From positions 62,001-126,000 of the forward strand of contig NIVC01002976.1 in NCBI GenBank assembly GCA_002269645.1: DNA of 64,000 nt, given 5' to 3'. Positions 52,925-64,000 of the stretch are shown piece by piece. The translations under genes were made by a program, and so were the position numbers. Position 1 is the stretch's first letter. Each line of letters begins with the position of its first letter. A model generated the notes under the pieces. It was not told the DNA's origin. It worked only from the letters and a program-made list of their open reading frames with translations, and made no database searches. The stretch is from Macrostomum lignano. Lineage: Eukaryota.

Positions 52925-53956
52925 ATGTCACACGATTCTCTGACGGTACGAGAACTGCGCATGGCCTTGCGTGCTAAAGGCTTGCAAACCGTAGGCAACA
53001 AGCGCACCCTATTGGAGAGACTTCTGCAGTCTCAAGGCTCAGTGGACACGGGACCCATCGATGAATCGGACACCAGCAATCCATCGAGAAGGCGAGGGCC
53101 CGACGACGGGACGGCGGCGGTCGGCGGCGGCGAGGCGGCAGGAGGGACCCACGGGACTGGCGACCTGGACCGGGACCTGCGGGAGGCAGAGAAGCAGCTG
53201 CGCTTGCTGACAATTCGTCGGGACCAAGCGCGCCTGGAAGCCGAGATCCGTCAGCTGGACCGCCGTGCCGATGAGCCGCAGCGGCGACCTGCAAATGCCT
53301 CAGTGCCCGGTGAGTACTCAAGCCTTGAGGATTTAGTGCTGGGACCTACTGTCAGAGTGCCGGATGAGGTGCAGCAGGCGGGGCAGCAGCACCCGAATGC
53401 GTACCGGGTGCCGGAGTTCATCAGCGCTCGCAAGCGGCTGGCGCTGAACAAGTCAAGTCAAGCCAGCAAGCAGGCCGCCCTGGACAGCCTCTCGGTTGGC
53501 GACTGGATCACCGGAAACGCCAACGCGCTGATGCAGATGTTGAAGGACGGCAGACTCCTCGTCCTCCGTGATGGCGCTATCGACATGTCGGAGCTGCTGG
53601 AGTACCTGAAGCACACGGCAAAAATTGGCGACCTCCTTGATCTCGGATTCGACCGCGGCCGCGTTTTGCGCTATGATGATGAGTACAGAGCGCAGCACGC
53701 TGAGGCCGGCGCCTGGGACAGCTCGGTGACCGACCTGGGTCTGGTGGCGGCACACCTGATGGCTCCGAATCTTCAACTGCAGGCCGGCTCAGCGGGCAGG
53801 TCATCAGCAAAGCGACCGGTCTGCTTCGACTTCAACAAGGTGTCCGGCTGCCAGCGCAACCCGTGTCGTTTCGCACACAGTTGTAGGCGCTGCGGCCAGG
53901 CGCACTCGGAGGCCTCCTTCCACAGAGCGGAGGGCGGCCAGGCGGCAAAAAACTGA
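52925..53956 (+). CDS. ORF1 Gag-like protein: N-terminal SAP-like domain, coiled coil, C-terminal Cys/His knuckle
   Basis: LTVRELRMALRAKGLQTVGNKRTLLERL is SAP-like. CFDFNKVSGCQRNPCRFAHSCRRCGQAH is the Cys/His cluster. Confidence 0.88.
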   Translation: MSHDSLTVRELRMALRAKGLQTVGNKRTLLERLLQSQGSVDTGPIDESDTSNPSRRRGPDDGTAAVGGGEAAGGTHGTGDLDRDLREAEKQLRLLTIRRDQARLEAEIRQLDRRADEPQRRPANASVPGEYSSLEDLVLGPTVRVPDEVQQAGQQHPNAYRVPEFISARKRLALNKSSQASKQAALDSLSVGDWITGNANALMQMLKDGRLLVLRDGAIDMSELLEYLKHTAKIGDLLDLGFDRGRVLRYDDEYRAQHAEAGAWDSSVTDLGLVAAHLMAPNLQLQAGSAGRSSAKRPVCFDFNKVSGCQRNPCRFAHSCRRCGQAHSEASFHRAEGGQAAKN

Positions 53957-54044
53957 TGGACGGGGTTCAGCGGCAGGGGTCTCTTAACATCGAGTCGCCC
54001 GCCCCTGCCGCTGCTTCTGTCGAACCCCAAAAGGAGGGCGACTC
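53947..54044 (+). promoter_or_regulatory. Putative -1 programmed ribosomal frameshift signal (A AAA AAC + 8-nt spacer + pseudoknot)
   Basis: Heptamer at 53947-53953 is in the gag frame just before TGA. Complementary segments: 53962-67/54023-28, 53968-79/54002-13 and 53992-54000/54036-44. Confidence 0.72.
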
Positions 54045-55929
54045 AAGCGGGACCCTCTCCACCGACTTGCGCCTTGAAGCCTGGCGCCTCGAGCTGGCCG
54101 ACACGGAGATGCCAACGAAGCTCGCGCAGTTCGTTTTGAGCGGTGTGAAGGACGGTTTCCGCATCAGGAACGTCAGCAGTCCGGTGGACTCTGTCGAGCA
54201 GGAGAACTACGGCTCCATCGGTCAGCATCGAGTCGAGGTTCAGGCCCAAGTCCGCCGGGAACTGCAAGCTGGAAGATATCGCGTTAGCGCCAAGCCGACT
54301 ATTGTGAGCGCGCTGGGCGCCATTCCGAAGTCCGGGGGCGGCATCCGGCTCATCCATGACTGCAGTCAGCCCCAGGGTCGGGCCGTCAATGATTTGTTTG
54401 CTTGTCAGCAGAAGCTTCGGTTTTCTTCGGCGGCTGCCTTTGCTAGGAAGCTGCGCCAGGACATGTACATGTGTAAAGTTGACCTAAGCCAGGCCTACCG
54501 GTCTTGCGGCATTCACCCGGACGACCACTGCCTCACCGGTCTGAAGTTCACGTTCGAGGGCGAGGCGGAGCCGACCTACATGGTGGACACCCGGCTGCCG
54601 TTCGGAGCGGCAGCATCCGTGAGCAGCTTTTTCCAGATCAGCAACGCCATTCGGTTTATGATGCTCAAGCGCAGGTTCTTCAACTTCGAGGTCTACATGG
54701 ACGACTTCGGCTTCGCGGGTTCGCTGACTGAGTGCTGGCGCTTTTACAACAAGCTGACGCAGCTGCTGCAGAGCCTGGGCCTGACTGTCAACTGGAAGAA
54801 GTGCGTGCAGCCGACGCAGGAGATGTGCTTCCTGGGCATTCAGTTCAACACGCAGTCGGGGCTGATGAGTCTGCCAGAGACGAAGGTCGAGGAGCTGCAG
54901 GCCTGCCTTGACCTCTGCTGCACAAAGCGGCGGATCTCCAAGCACGAGTTGCAGAAGCTAGTGGGCAGGCTCAACTGGGCCTGTCAGGTGGTCTGCAACG
55001 GCCGGCCGTTTCTGCGAGACCTGATCGACCGCGTCAACGACTTGTCGAGCCCGAAGGATCGGCTGTTGGTGGATGGCCAGTTCAAGAGCGTCCTGAGCTG
55101 GTGGAAAGTTGCTCTGCGGCAGCAGCCAGGTCGCGAGCTCTGGCCTGCTGCCAGGAGGCCGGTTGCCATGGAGACGGACGCCTGTCTGGTGGGGGCAGCG
55201 GCTGTTCTGAGAGATCCGGCTGGTTCTGACTGGTGCTATCTGCAGTGGGAAGTCGACGCTGGGAGCGAGTTCAGCGATTGCTGCATCAACTACAAGGAGG
55301 CTGCCGCGGTGCTGCTGGCGTTGCTGCACTGGCGCCGTCAACTGCACAACTGCCGGATCGCTGTCTACTGCGACAATGCTGCAGCCTGCGCGATTATCAA
55401 CAAGGGGTCATCCAGGGAGCCCCGGCTGTTGCGGCTGCTGCAGACTGTTGCTCTGCTGTGCCTAAAGCAGAACATTGTGGTCACCGCCCACCATGTGCCC
55501 GGCCGGTTTCAGCTGTTTGCCGACGCCGCCTCCCGCCTGCATTGCCGGCAGGAGTTGCTGAATTTTCTGTTGCGAGCCTATGCAACCGCCTCTGTTTGCC
55601 CGCATGAATTTGCGGGACATGCGCTTAGCCCTGCCTCCGCCGCCTTTCTTTTTTTACAGGTCGCCTCCCTGGGTCTCTCGACGCTGCCGCCGCCAAACTG
55701 CTCCAGCAGGCCTATGCATCATCGTCCAAGAGGTCGCTGTCATCTGCTGTCCGCACCTGGCAACGCTTCTGCCGAGAGCGGCGGCTCGACCCACTCGGCT
55801 GTCGGGCGGAGGATCTCGCAAACTACGTCGGCCAGCTCGTGGACGGCCGGCTCAGCTCCTTCGGCAGCGTCCGCGTGCATATCAGCGCTCTGTCCGCCAG
55901 TTTCCGACTGGCGGGAGTGCCGGACCTGA
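53956..55929 (+). CDS. ORF2 reverse transcriptase + RNase H
   Basis: RT motifs KVDLSQAYR, RLPFG, YMDDF and FLGIQF. RNase H acidic residues in ETDAC, NYKEAAAV, YCDNAAA and FADAASR. The 3' ~270 nt overlap the YR frame. Confidence 0.95.
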   Translation: MDGVQRQGSLNIESPAPAAASVEPQKEGDSSGTLSTDLRLEAWRLELADTEMPTKLAQFVLSGVKDGFRIRNVSSPVDSVEQENYGSIGQHRVEVQAQVRRELQAGRYRVSAKPTIVSALGAIPKSGGGIRLIHDCSQPQGRAVNDLFACQQKLRFSSAAAFARKLRQDMYMCKVDLSQAYRSCGIHPDDHCLTGLKFTFEGEAEPTYMVDTRLPFGAAASVSSFFQISNAIRFMMLKRRFFNFEVYMDDFGFAGSLTECWRFYNKLTQLLQSLGLTVNWKKCVQPTQEMCFLGIQFNTQSGLMSLPETKVEELQACLDLCCTKRRISKHELQKLVGRLNWACQVVCNGRPFLRDLIDRVNDLSSPKDRLLVDGQFKSVLSWWKVALRQQPGRELWPAARRPVAMETDACLVGAAAVLRDPAGSDWCYLQWEVDAGSEFSDCCINYKEAAAVLLALLHWRRQLHNCRIAVYCDNAAACAIINKGSSREPRLLRLLQTVALLCLKQNIVVTAHHVPGRFQLFADAASRLHCRQELLNFLLRAYATASVCPHEFAGHALSPASAAFLFLQVASLGLSTLPPPNCSSRPMHHRPRGRCHLLSAPGNASAESGGSTHSAVGRRISQTTSASSWTAGSAPSAASACISALCPPVSDWRECRT

Positions 55930-56636
55930 CCAGGCACCCGCTGCTGCACCTGGTTCTGCGGGGAGCCAAGCGCGAGCTGGGGTCGGAGCCGAGTCGCAAG
56001 CTGCCGGTGTCGCCAGACCTTTTGTCGAGACTGCGGCTGCAAGTCGACAGCTCGAATCCTGTGCAGGCGGCCTGCTGGGCTGCGGTCATGTGCGCTTGGT
56101 GGGGGATGTTCAGGAAGTCCAGCCTGCTGCCGCGAGGGCGCGCCGATCCGCCAGTGCTGCGACTGAGCTCGCTGGCAAGATGCCCCGAAGGCCTGCTTCT
56201 GACGTCCAGCTTCGGGAAGACCAACCAGTACGGCCGGACGCATCGCGTGCTGCTGCCAGAGTTGACTTCGGGCCACCCGCTCTGTCCAGTGGCGGCACTG
56301 CGAGGCCACCTGCGCTGCAACCGGCTGAAGCGGCGGCAGCAGGGCCTGTTTTCATTCAGCAGTGGATCGTCCGGTCACGCATCTCTGACGTCCCGGAGGC
56401 TCGATGTACAGTTCAGGTCGTGGCTCGGCAAGGCGGGAGTTCCGGCGGCCGGGTTTTCTGTGCATAGCCTGCGGCGAGGCGCCGCCACCTGGGCGGCCCG
56501 GTGCGGCCTGTCAGTGCGGGAGATCCAGTGCGTGGGTGACTGGCGCAGCGATGCAGTGAGCGTCTACCTGTCCCGCGATGACACGGCTCTGCGTGCGGCG
56601 CGCAAGCTTGCTGTTGCGGCGCTTGACCAAACCTGA
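55660..56636 (+). CDS. ORF3 tyrosine recombinase (frame open from 55629; no upstream ATG; probably entered by splicing at 55660)
   Basis: Catalytic set present: FRKS (R), GKTNQ (K), HSLRR (HxxR), GDW (W) and VYL (Y). An N-terminal core-binding region YASSSKRSLSSAVRTWQRFC lies upstream of the listed GTG start. Confidence 0.92.
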
Positions 56637-57240
56637 CGTGTTTCGCGGTTTTTTTTTGAAGAAAGGTTTTGGGCTCCTTTTTTGTTTGCTTGTCCGCTTT
56701 TGCTTGCCTCTGCTTGGTCTGCTTTTGCTCTAGTCTGTTTTCTTGCTGCTTTTGGTGTTGGGGGGAGTGCATGGCAGCCTTCCCTGACCTCCTCGCTGTT
56801 CCTGCGCCATTTGCTGCTCTTGAGCTTGCTGCGTTCGTCTTCTGGGGTGGGCAGTGGGCACTAATGGCTAGTTTGCGCGGGATGCGCTAACTGGCGTTTG
56901 TGTACGCTGCCCACCCCTGCCCCTCCCCCGCGGCTTCCCCCACCCCCGGTGTTGGGGGGGGGGTTGCGTGGCGGGGGGTTTTATACCCCGCGGTTGGCTC
57001 TTTGGCCTCGCTGTCGCATTGCAATTGAAAAAAATTTTTTTTCGTATCCTGTCACTCTTTTAATCCTGCTTTGATCCGTTCTAACTGTTGTCAATAATGC
57101 TTGAATATTTTCTCGTAATCGGTCTGAAATATACGGGGGGGAGTGCATGGCAGCCTTCCCTGACCTCCTCGCTGTTCCTGCGCCATTTGCTGCTCTTGAG
57201 CTTGCTGCGTTCGTCTTCTGGGGTGGGCAGTGGGCACTAA

Positions 57241-60200
57241 CAAACGGTATGCACAAACACACGGTATGCACAAACACACGGTGTGCTCAAACACACGGTA
57301 TGCACAAACAAACGGTGTGCACAAACACACGGTATGCACAAACACACGGTGTGCACAAACACACGGTGTGCACAAACACATGGTGTGCACAAACACACGG
57401 TGTGCACAAACACACGGTATGCACAAACACACGGTGTGCACAAACACACGGTGTGCACAAACACACGGTATGCACAAACACACGGTGTGCACAAACACGC
57501 GGTGTGCACAAACACACGGTATGCACAAACACACGGTGTGCTCAAACACACGGTGTGCTCAAACACACGGTTTGCACAAACACACGGTATGCACAAACAC
57601 ACGGTGTGCTCAAATACACGGTGTGCACAAACACACGGTATGCACAAACACACGGTGTGCTCAAACACACGGTGTGCACAAACACACGGTGTGCACAAAC
57701 ACGCGGTGTGCACAAACACACGGTATGCACAAACACACGGTGTGCTCAAACACACGGTATGCACAAACACACGGTATGCACAAACACACGGTGTGCACAA
57801 ACACATGGTGTGCACAAACACACGGTGTGCACAAACACACGGTATGCACAAACACACGGTGTGCACAAACACACGGTGTGCACAAACACACGGTATGCAC
57901 AAACACACGGTGTGCACAAACACGCGGTGTGCACAAACACACGGTATGCACAAACACACGGTGTGCTCAAACACACGGTGTGCTCAAACACACGGTTTGC
58001 ACAAACACACGGTATGCACAAACACACGGTGTGCTCAAATACACGGTGTGCACAAACACACGGTGTGCACAAACACGCGGTATGCACAAACACACGGTGT
58101 GCACAAACACACGGTATGCACAAACACACGGTGTGCACAAACACACGGTGTGCACAAACAAACGGTATGCACAAACACATGGTGTGCACAAACACACGGT
58201 GTGCACAAACACGCGGTGTGCACAAACACACGGTGTGCACAAACAAACGGTATGCACAAACACACGGTGTGTACAAACACACGGTATGCACAAACACACG
58301 GTGTGCACAAACACACGGTGTGCACAAACACACGGTATGCACGAACACACGGTGTGCTCAAACACACGGTTTGCACAAACACACGGTGTGCACAAACACA
58401 CGGTGTGCACAAACACACGGTATGCACAAACACACGGTGTGCACAAACACACGGTGTGCACAAACACGCGGTGTGCACAAACACACGGTGTGCACAAACA
58501 AACGGTATGCACAAACACACGGTGTGTACAAACACACGGTATGCACAAACACACGGTGTGCACAAACACACGGTGTGTACAAACACACGGTGTGCACAAA
58601 CACACGGTGTGCACAAACACACGGTGTGCACAAACACGCGGTGTGCACAAACACACGGTGTGCACAAACACACGGTGTGCACAAACACACGGTGTGCACA
58701 AACAAACGGTATGCACAAACACATGGTGTGTACAAACACACAGTGTGCACAAAAACACGGTGTGCACAAACACACGGTGTGCACAAACACACGGTATGCA
58801 CGAACACACGGTGTGCTCAAACACACGGTTTGCACAAACACACGGTATGCACAAACACACGGTGTGCTCAAACACACGGTGTGCACAAACACACGGTGTG
58901 CACAAACACGCGGTATGCACAAACACGCGGTGTGCACAAACACACGGTATGCACAAACACACGGTGTGCACAAACACACGGTGTGCACAAACACACGGTA
59001 TGGACAAACACATGGTGTGCACAAACACACGGTGTGCACAAACACGCGGTGTGCACAAACACATGGTGTGCACAAACACACGGTGTGCTCAAACACACGG
59101 TGTGCTCAAACACACGGTGTGCACAAACACGCGGTGTGCACAAACACACGGTGTGCACAAACAAACGGTATGCACAAACACACGGTGTGTACAAACACAC
59201 GGTATGCACAAACACACGGTGTGCACAAACACACGGTGTGCACAAACACACGGTATGCACGAACACACGGTGTGCTCAAACACACGGTTTGCACAAACAC
59301 ACGGTGTGCACAAACACACGGTGTGCACAAACACACGGTATGCACAAACACACGGTGTGCACAAACACACGGTGTGCACAAACACGCGGTGTGCACAAAC
59401 ACACGGTGTGCACAAACAAACGGTATGCACAAACACACGGTGTGTACAAACACACGGTATGCACAAACACACGGTGTGCACAAACACACGGTGTGTACAA
59501 ACACACGGTGTGCACAAACACACGGTGTGCACAAACACACGGTGTGCACAAACACGCGGTGTGCACAAACACACGGTGTGCACAAACACACGGTGTGCAC
59601 AAACACACGGTGTGCACAAACAAACGGTATGCACAAACACATGGTGTGTACAAACACACGTGTGCACAAAAACACGGTGTGCACAAACACACGGTGTGCA
59701 CAAACACACGGTATGCACAACACACGGTGTGCTCAAACACACGGTTTGCACAAACACACGGTATGCACAAACACACGGTGTGCTCAAACACACGGTGTGC
59801 ACAAACACACGGTGTGCACAAACACGCGGTATGCACAAACACGCGGTGTGCACAAACACACGGTATGCACAAACACACGGTGTGCACAAACACACGGTGT
59901 GCACAAACACACGGTATGGACAAACACATGGTGTGCACAAACACACGGTGTGCACAAACACGCGGTGTGCACAAACACATGGTGTGCACAAACACACGGT
60001 GTGCACAAACACGCGGTGTGCACAAACACACGGTGTGCACAAACAAACGGTATGCAAAAACACACGGTGTGTACAAACGCACGGTATGCACAAACACACG
60101 GTATGCACAAACAAACGGTATGCACAAACACACGGTATGCACAAACACACGGTATGCACAAACACACGGTATGCACAAACACACGGTGTGCACAAACACA

Positions 60201-63200
60201 CGGTATGCACAAACACACGGTGTGCACAAACACATGGTGTGCACAAACACACGGTGTGCACAAACACACGGTATGCACAAACACACGGTGTGCACAAACA
60301 CACGGTGTGCACAAACACACGGTATGCACAAACACACGGTGTGCACAAACACACGGTGTGCTCAAACACACGGTATGCACAAACACACGGTGTGCACAAA
60401 CACACGGTATGCACAAACACACGGTATGCACAAACACACGGTGTGCACAAACACATGGTGTGCACAAACACACGGTGTGCACAAACACACGGTATGCACA
60501 AACACACGGTGTGCACAAACACACGGTGTGCACAAACACACGGTATGCACAAACACACGGTGTGCACAAACACGCGGTGTGCACAAACACACGGTATGCA
60601 CAAACACACGGTGTGCACAAACACACGGTGTGCTCAAACACACGGTTTGCACAAACACACGGTATGCACAAACACACGGTGTGCTCAAACACACGGTGTG
60701 CACAAACACACGGTGTGCACAAACACGCGGTATGCACAAACACGCGGTGTGCACAAACACACGGTATGCACAAACACACGGTGTGCACAAACACACGGTG
60801 TGCACAAACAAACGGTATGCACAAACACATGGTGTGCACAAACACACGGTGTGCACAAACACGCGGTGTGCACAAACACACGGTGTGCACAAACAAACGG
60901 TATGCACAAACACACGGTGTGTACAAACACACGGTATGCACAAACACATGGTGTGCACAAACACACGGTGTGCACAAACACACGGTATGCACAAACACAC
61001 GGTGTGCACAAACACACGGTGTGCACAAACACACGGTATGCACAAACACACGGTGTGCACAAACACGCGGTGTGCACAAACACACGGTATGCACAAACAC
61101 ACGGTGTGCTCAAACACACGGTGTGCTCAAACACACGGTTTGCACAAACACACGGTATGCACAAACACACGGTGTGCTCAAATACACGGTGTGCACAAAC
61201 ACACGGTGTGCACAAACACGCGGTATGCACAAACACGCGGTGTGCACAAACACACGGTATGCACAAACACACGGTGTGCACAAACACACGGTGTGCACAA
61301 ACAAACGGTATGCACAAACACATGGTGTGCACAAACACACGGTGTGCACAAACACGCGTGTGCACAAACACACGGTGTGCACAAACAAACGGTATGCACA
61401 AACACACGGTGTGTACAAACACACGGTATGCACAAACACACGGTGTGCACAAACACACGGTGTGCACAAACACACGGTATGCACAAACACACGGTGTGCT
61501 CAAACACACGGTATGCACAAACACACGGTGTGCACAAACACACGGTGTGCACAAACACACGGTATGCACAAACACACGGTGTGCACAAACACACGGTGTG
61601 CACAAACACGCGGTGTGCACAAACACACGGTGTGCACAAACAAACGGTATGCACAAACACACGGTGTGTACAAACACACGGTATGCACAAACACACGGTG
61701 TGCACAAACACACGGTGTGTACAAACACACGGTGTGCACAAACACACGGTGTGCACAAACACACGGTGTGCACAAACACGCGGTGTGCACAAACACACGG
61801 TATGCACAAACACACGGTGTGCACAAACACACGGTGTGCACAAACAAACGGTATGCACTAACACATGGTGTGTACAAACACACGGTGTGCACAAAACACG
61901 GTGTGCACAAACACACGGTGTGCACAAACACACGGTATGCACAACACACGGTGTGCTCAAACACACGGTTGCACAAACACACGGTATGCACAAACACACG
62001 GTGTGCACAAACACACGGTGTGCACAAACACACGGTGTGCACAAACACGCGGTATGCACAAACACGCGGTGTGCACAAACACACGGTATGCACAAACACA
62101 CGGTGTGCACAAACACACGGTGTGCACAAACACACGGTATGGACAAACACATGGTGTGCACAAACACACGGTGTGCACAAACACGCGGTGTGCACAAACA
62201 CATGGTGTGCACAAACACACGGTGTGCACAAACACGCGGTGTGCACAAACACACGGTGTGCACAAACAAACGGTATGCACAAACACACGGTGTGTACAAA
62301 CGCACGGTATGCACAAACACACGGTATGCACAAACAAACGGTATGCACAAACACACGGTATGCACAAACACACGGTATGCACAAACACACGGTATGCACA
62401 AACACACGGTGTGCACAAACACACGGTATGCACAAACACACGGTGTGCACAAACACATGGTGTGCACAAACACACGGTGTGCACAAACACACGGTATGCA
62501 CAAACACACGGTGTGCACAAACACACGGTGTGCACAAACACACGGTATGCACAAACACATGGTGTGCTCAAACACACGGTGTGCTCAAACACACGGTATG
62601 CACAAACACACGGTGTGCTCAAACACACGGTATGCACAAACACACGGTATGCACAAACACACGGTGTGCACAAACACATGGTGTGCACAAACACACGGTG
62701 TGCACAAACACACGGTATGCACAAACACACGGTGTGCACAAACACACGGTGTGCACAAACACACGGTATGCACAAACACACGGTGTGCACAAACACGCGG
62801 TGTGCACAAACACACGGTATGCACAAACACACGGTGTGCTCAAACACACGGTGTGCTCAAACACACGGTTTGCACAAACACACGGTATGCACAAACACAC
62901 GGTGTGCTCAAACACACGGTGTGCACAAACACACGGTGTGCACAAACACGCGGTATGCACAAACACGCGGTGTGCACAAACACACGGTATGCACAAACAC
63001 ACGGTGTGCACAAACACACGGTGTGCACAAACAAACGGTATGCACAAACACATGGTGTGCACAAACACACGGTGTGCACAAACACGCGGTGTGCACAAAC
63101 ACACGGTGTGCACAAACAAACGGTATGCACAAACACACGGTGTGTACAAACACACGGTATGCACAAACACACGGTGTGCACAAACACACGGTTTGCACAA

Positions 63201-64000
63201 ACACACGGTGTGCACAAACACACGGTATGCACAAACACACGGTATGCACAAACACACGGTGTGCACAAACACACGGTGTGCACAAACACACGGTGTGCAC
63301 AAACACACGGTGTGCACAAACAAACGGTATGCACAAACACACGGTGTGTACAAACACACGGTATGCACAAACAAACGGTATGCACAAACACACGGTATGC
63401 ACAAACACACGGTATGCACAAACACACGGTATGCACAAACACACGGTGTGCACAAACACACGGTATGCACAAACACACGGTATGCACAAACAAACGGTGT
63501 GCACAAACACACGGTGTGCTCAAACACACGGTGTGCACAAACACACGGTGTGCACAAACACACGGTGTGCACAAACACACGGTGTGCACAAACACACGGT
63601 GTGCACAAACACACGGTGTGCACAAACACGCGGTATGCACAAACACGCGGTGTGCACAAACACACGGTATGCACAAACACACGGTATGCACAAACAAACG
63701 GTGTGCACAAACACACGGTGTGCACAAACACACGGTGTGCACAAACACACGGTGTGCACAAACACACGGTGTGCACAAACACACGGTGTGCACAAACACG
63801 CGGTATGCACAAACACGCGGTGTGCACAAACACACGGTATGCACAAACACACGGTATGCACAAACACACGGTATGCACAAAAACACGGTATGCTCAAACA
63901 CACGGTGTGCACAAACACACGGTGTGCACAAACACGCGGTGTGCACAAACACACGGTATGCACAAACACACGGTGTGCTCAAACACACGGTATGCACAAA
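57241..64000. repeat. 17-bp satellite array (>6.7 kb, runs off the window) with higher-order structure
   Basis: Same unit as 52014-52734. It is the source of all the HTVCTNTR and VFVHTVCLC ORFs. Confidence 0.99.

Larger units (their letters stand above)
52735..57240 (+). mobile_element. Full-length Ngaro-type tyrosine-recombinase retrotransposon with split direct repeats A1(52735-52911)-ORFs-B1(56760-56862)-A2(56863-57039)-spacer-B2(57135-57240)
   Basis: A1 and A2 differ only by one substitution and homopolymer lengths, and B1 and B2 are essentially identical. Gag, RT/RNaseH and YR frames are intact. There is no methyltransferase domain and no TSD. Confidence 0.93.

Noticed and set aside
54043-56772. 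Additional overlapping ORFs within the retrotransposon (e.g. 55580-56467 + and several minus-strand ORFs)
   Set aside because: These are GC-rich shadow frames of RT/YR with no recognisable motifs.
57230-63997. 1543-aa and many overlapping Cys/His-rich ORFs on both strands
   Set aside because: The 17-bp unit lacks stop codons in all frames, so these are pure satellite artefacts and not metal-binding proteins.

Overview
Repeat-rich metazoan genomic DNA with spliceosomal introns, many filled by minisatellites. A flatworm such as Macrostomum is my guess from style only. Host genes: (1) the 3' half of a Cys-loop anion-channel subunit (+, 641-6712); (2) a Tuba/ARHGEF37-38-like DH-BAR-SH3 RhoGEF (+, 9249-19183); (3) a cluster of paralogous single-pass receptors with a signal peptide, an F-type-lectin/discoidin-like domain, 8-10 Ig-like domains, a TM helix and a short Tyr-containing tail (+ 20484-28158; - 41662-34869; - 51947-45494, 5' end not found in the window; orphan + tail at 42588-42850), partly produced by a ~14.7 kb tandem duplication. 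The standout is an apparently intact Ngaro-type tyrosine-recombinase retrotransposon (52735-57240, split direct repeats A1-ORFs-B1-A2-B2) inserted in a 17-bp satellite. It shows two expression signals readable from sequence. One is a -1 slippery heptamer plus pseudoknot at the gag/pol junction. The other is an in-frame splice joining the Gag SAP domain to the ATG-less recombinase. Also present: a probable solo LTR, CORE-like tRNA SINEs and several MITE families. Most long ORFs in the supplied track are artefacts of tandem repeats.
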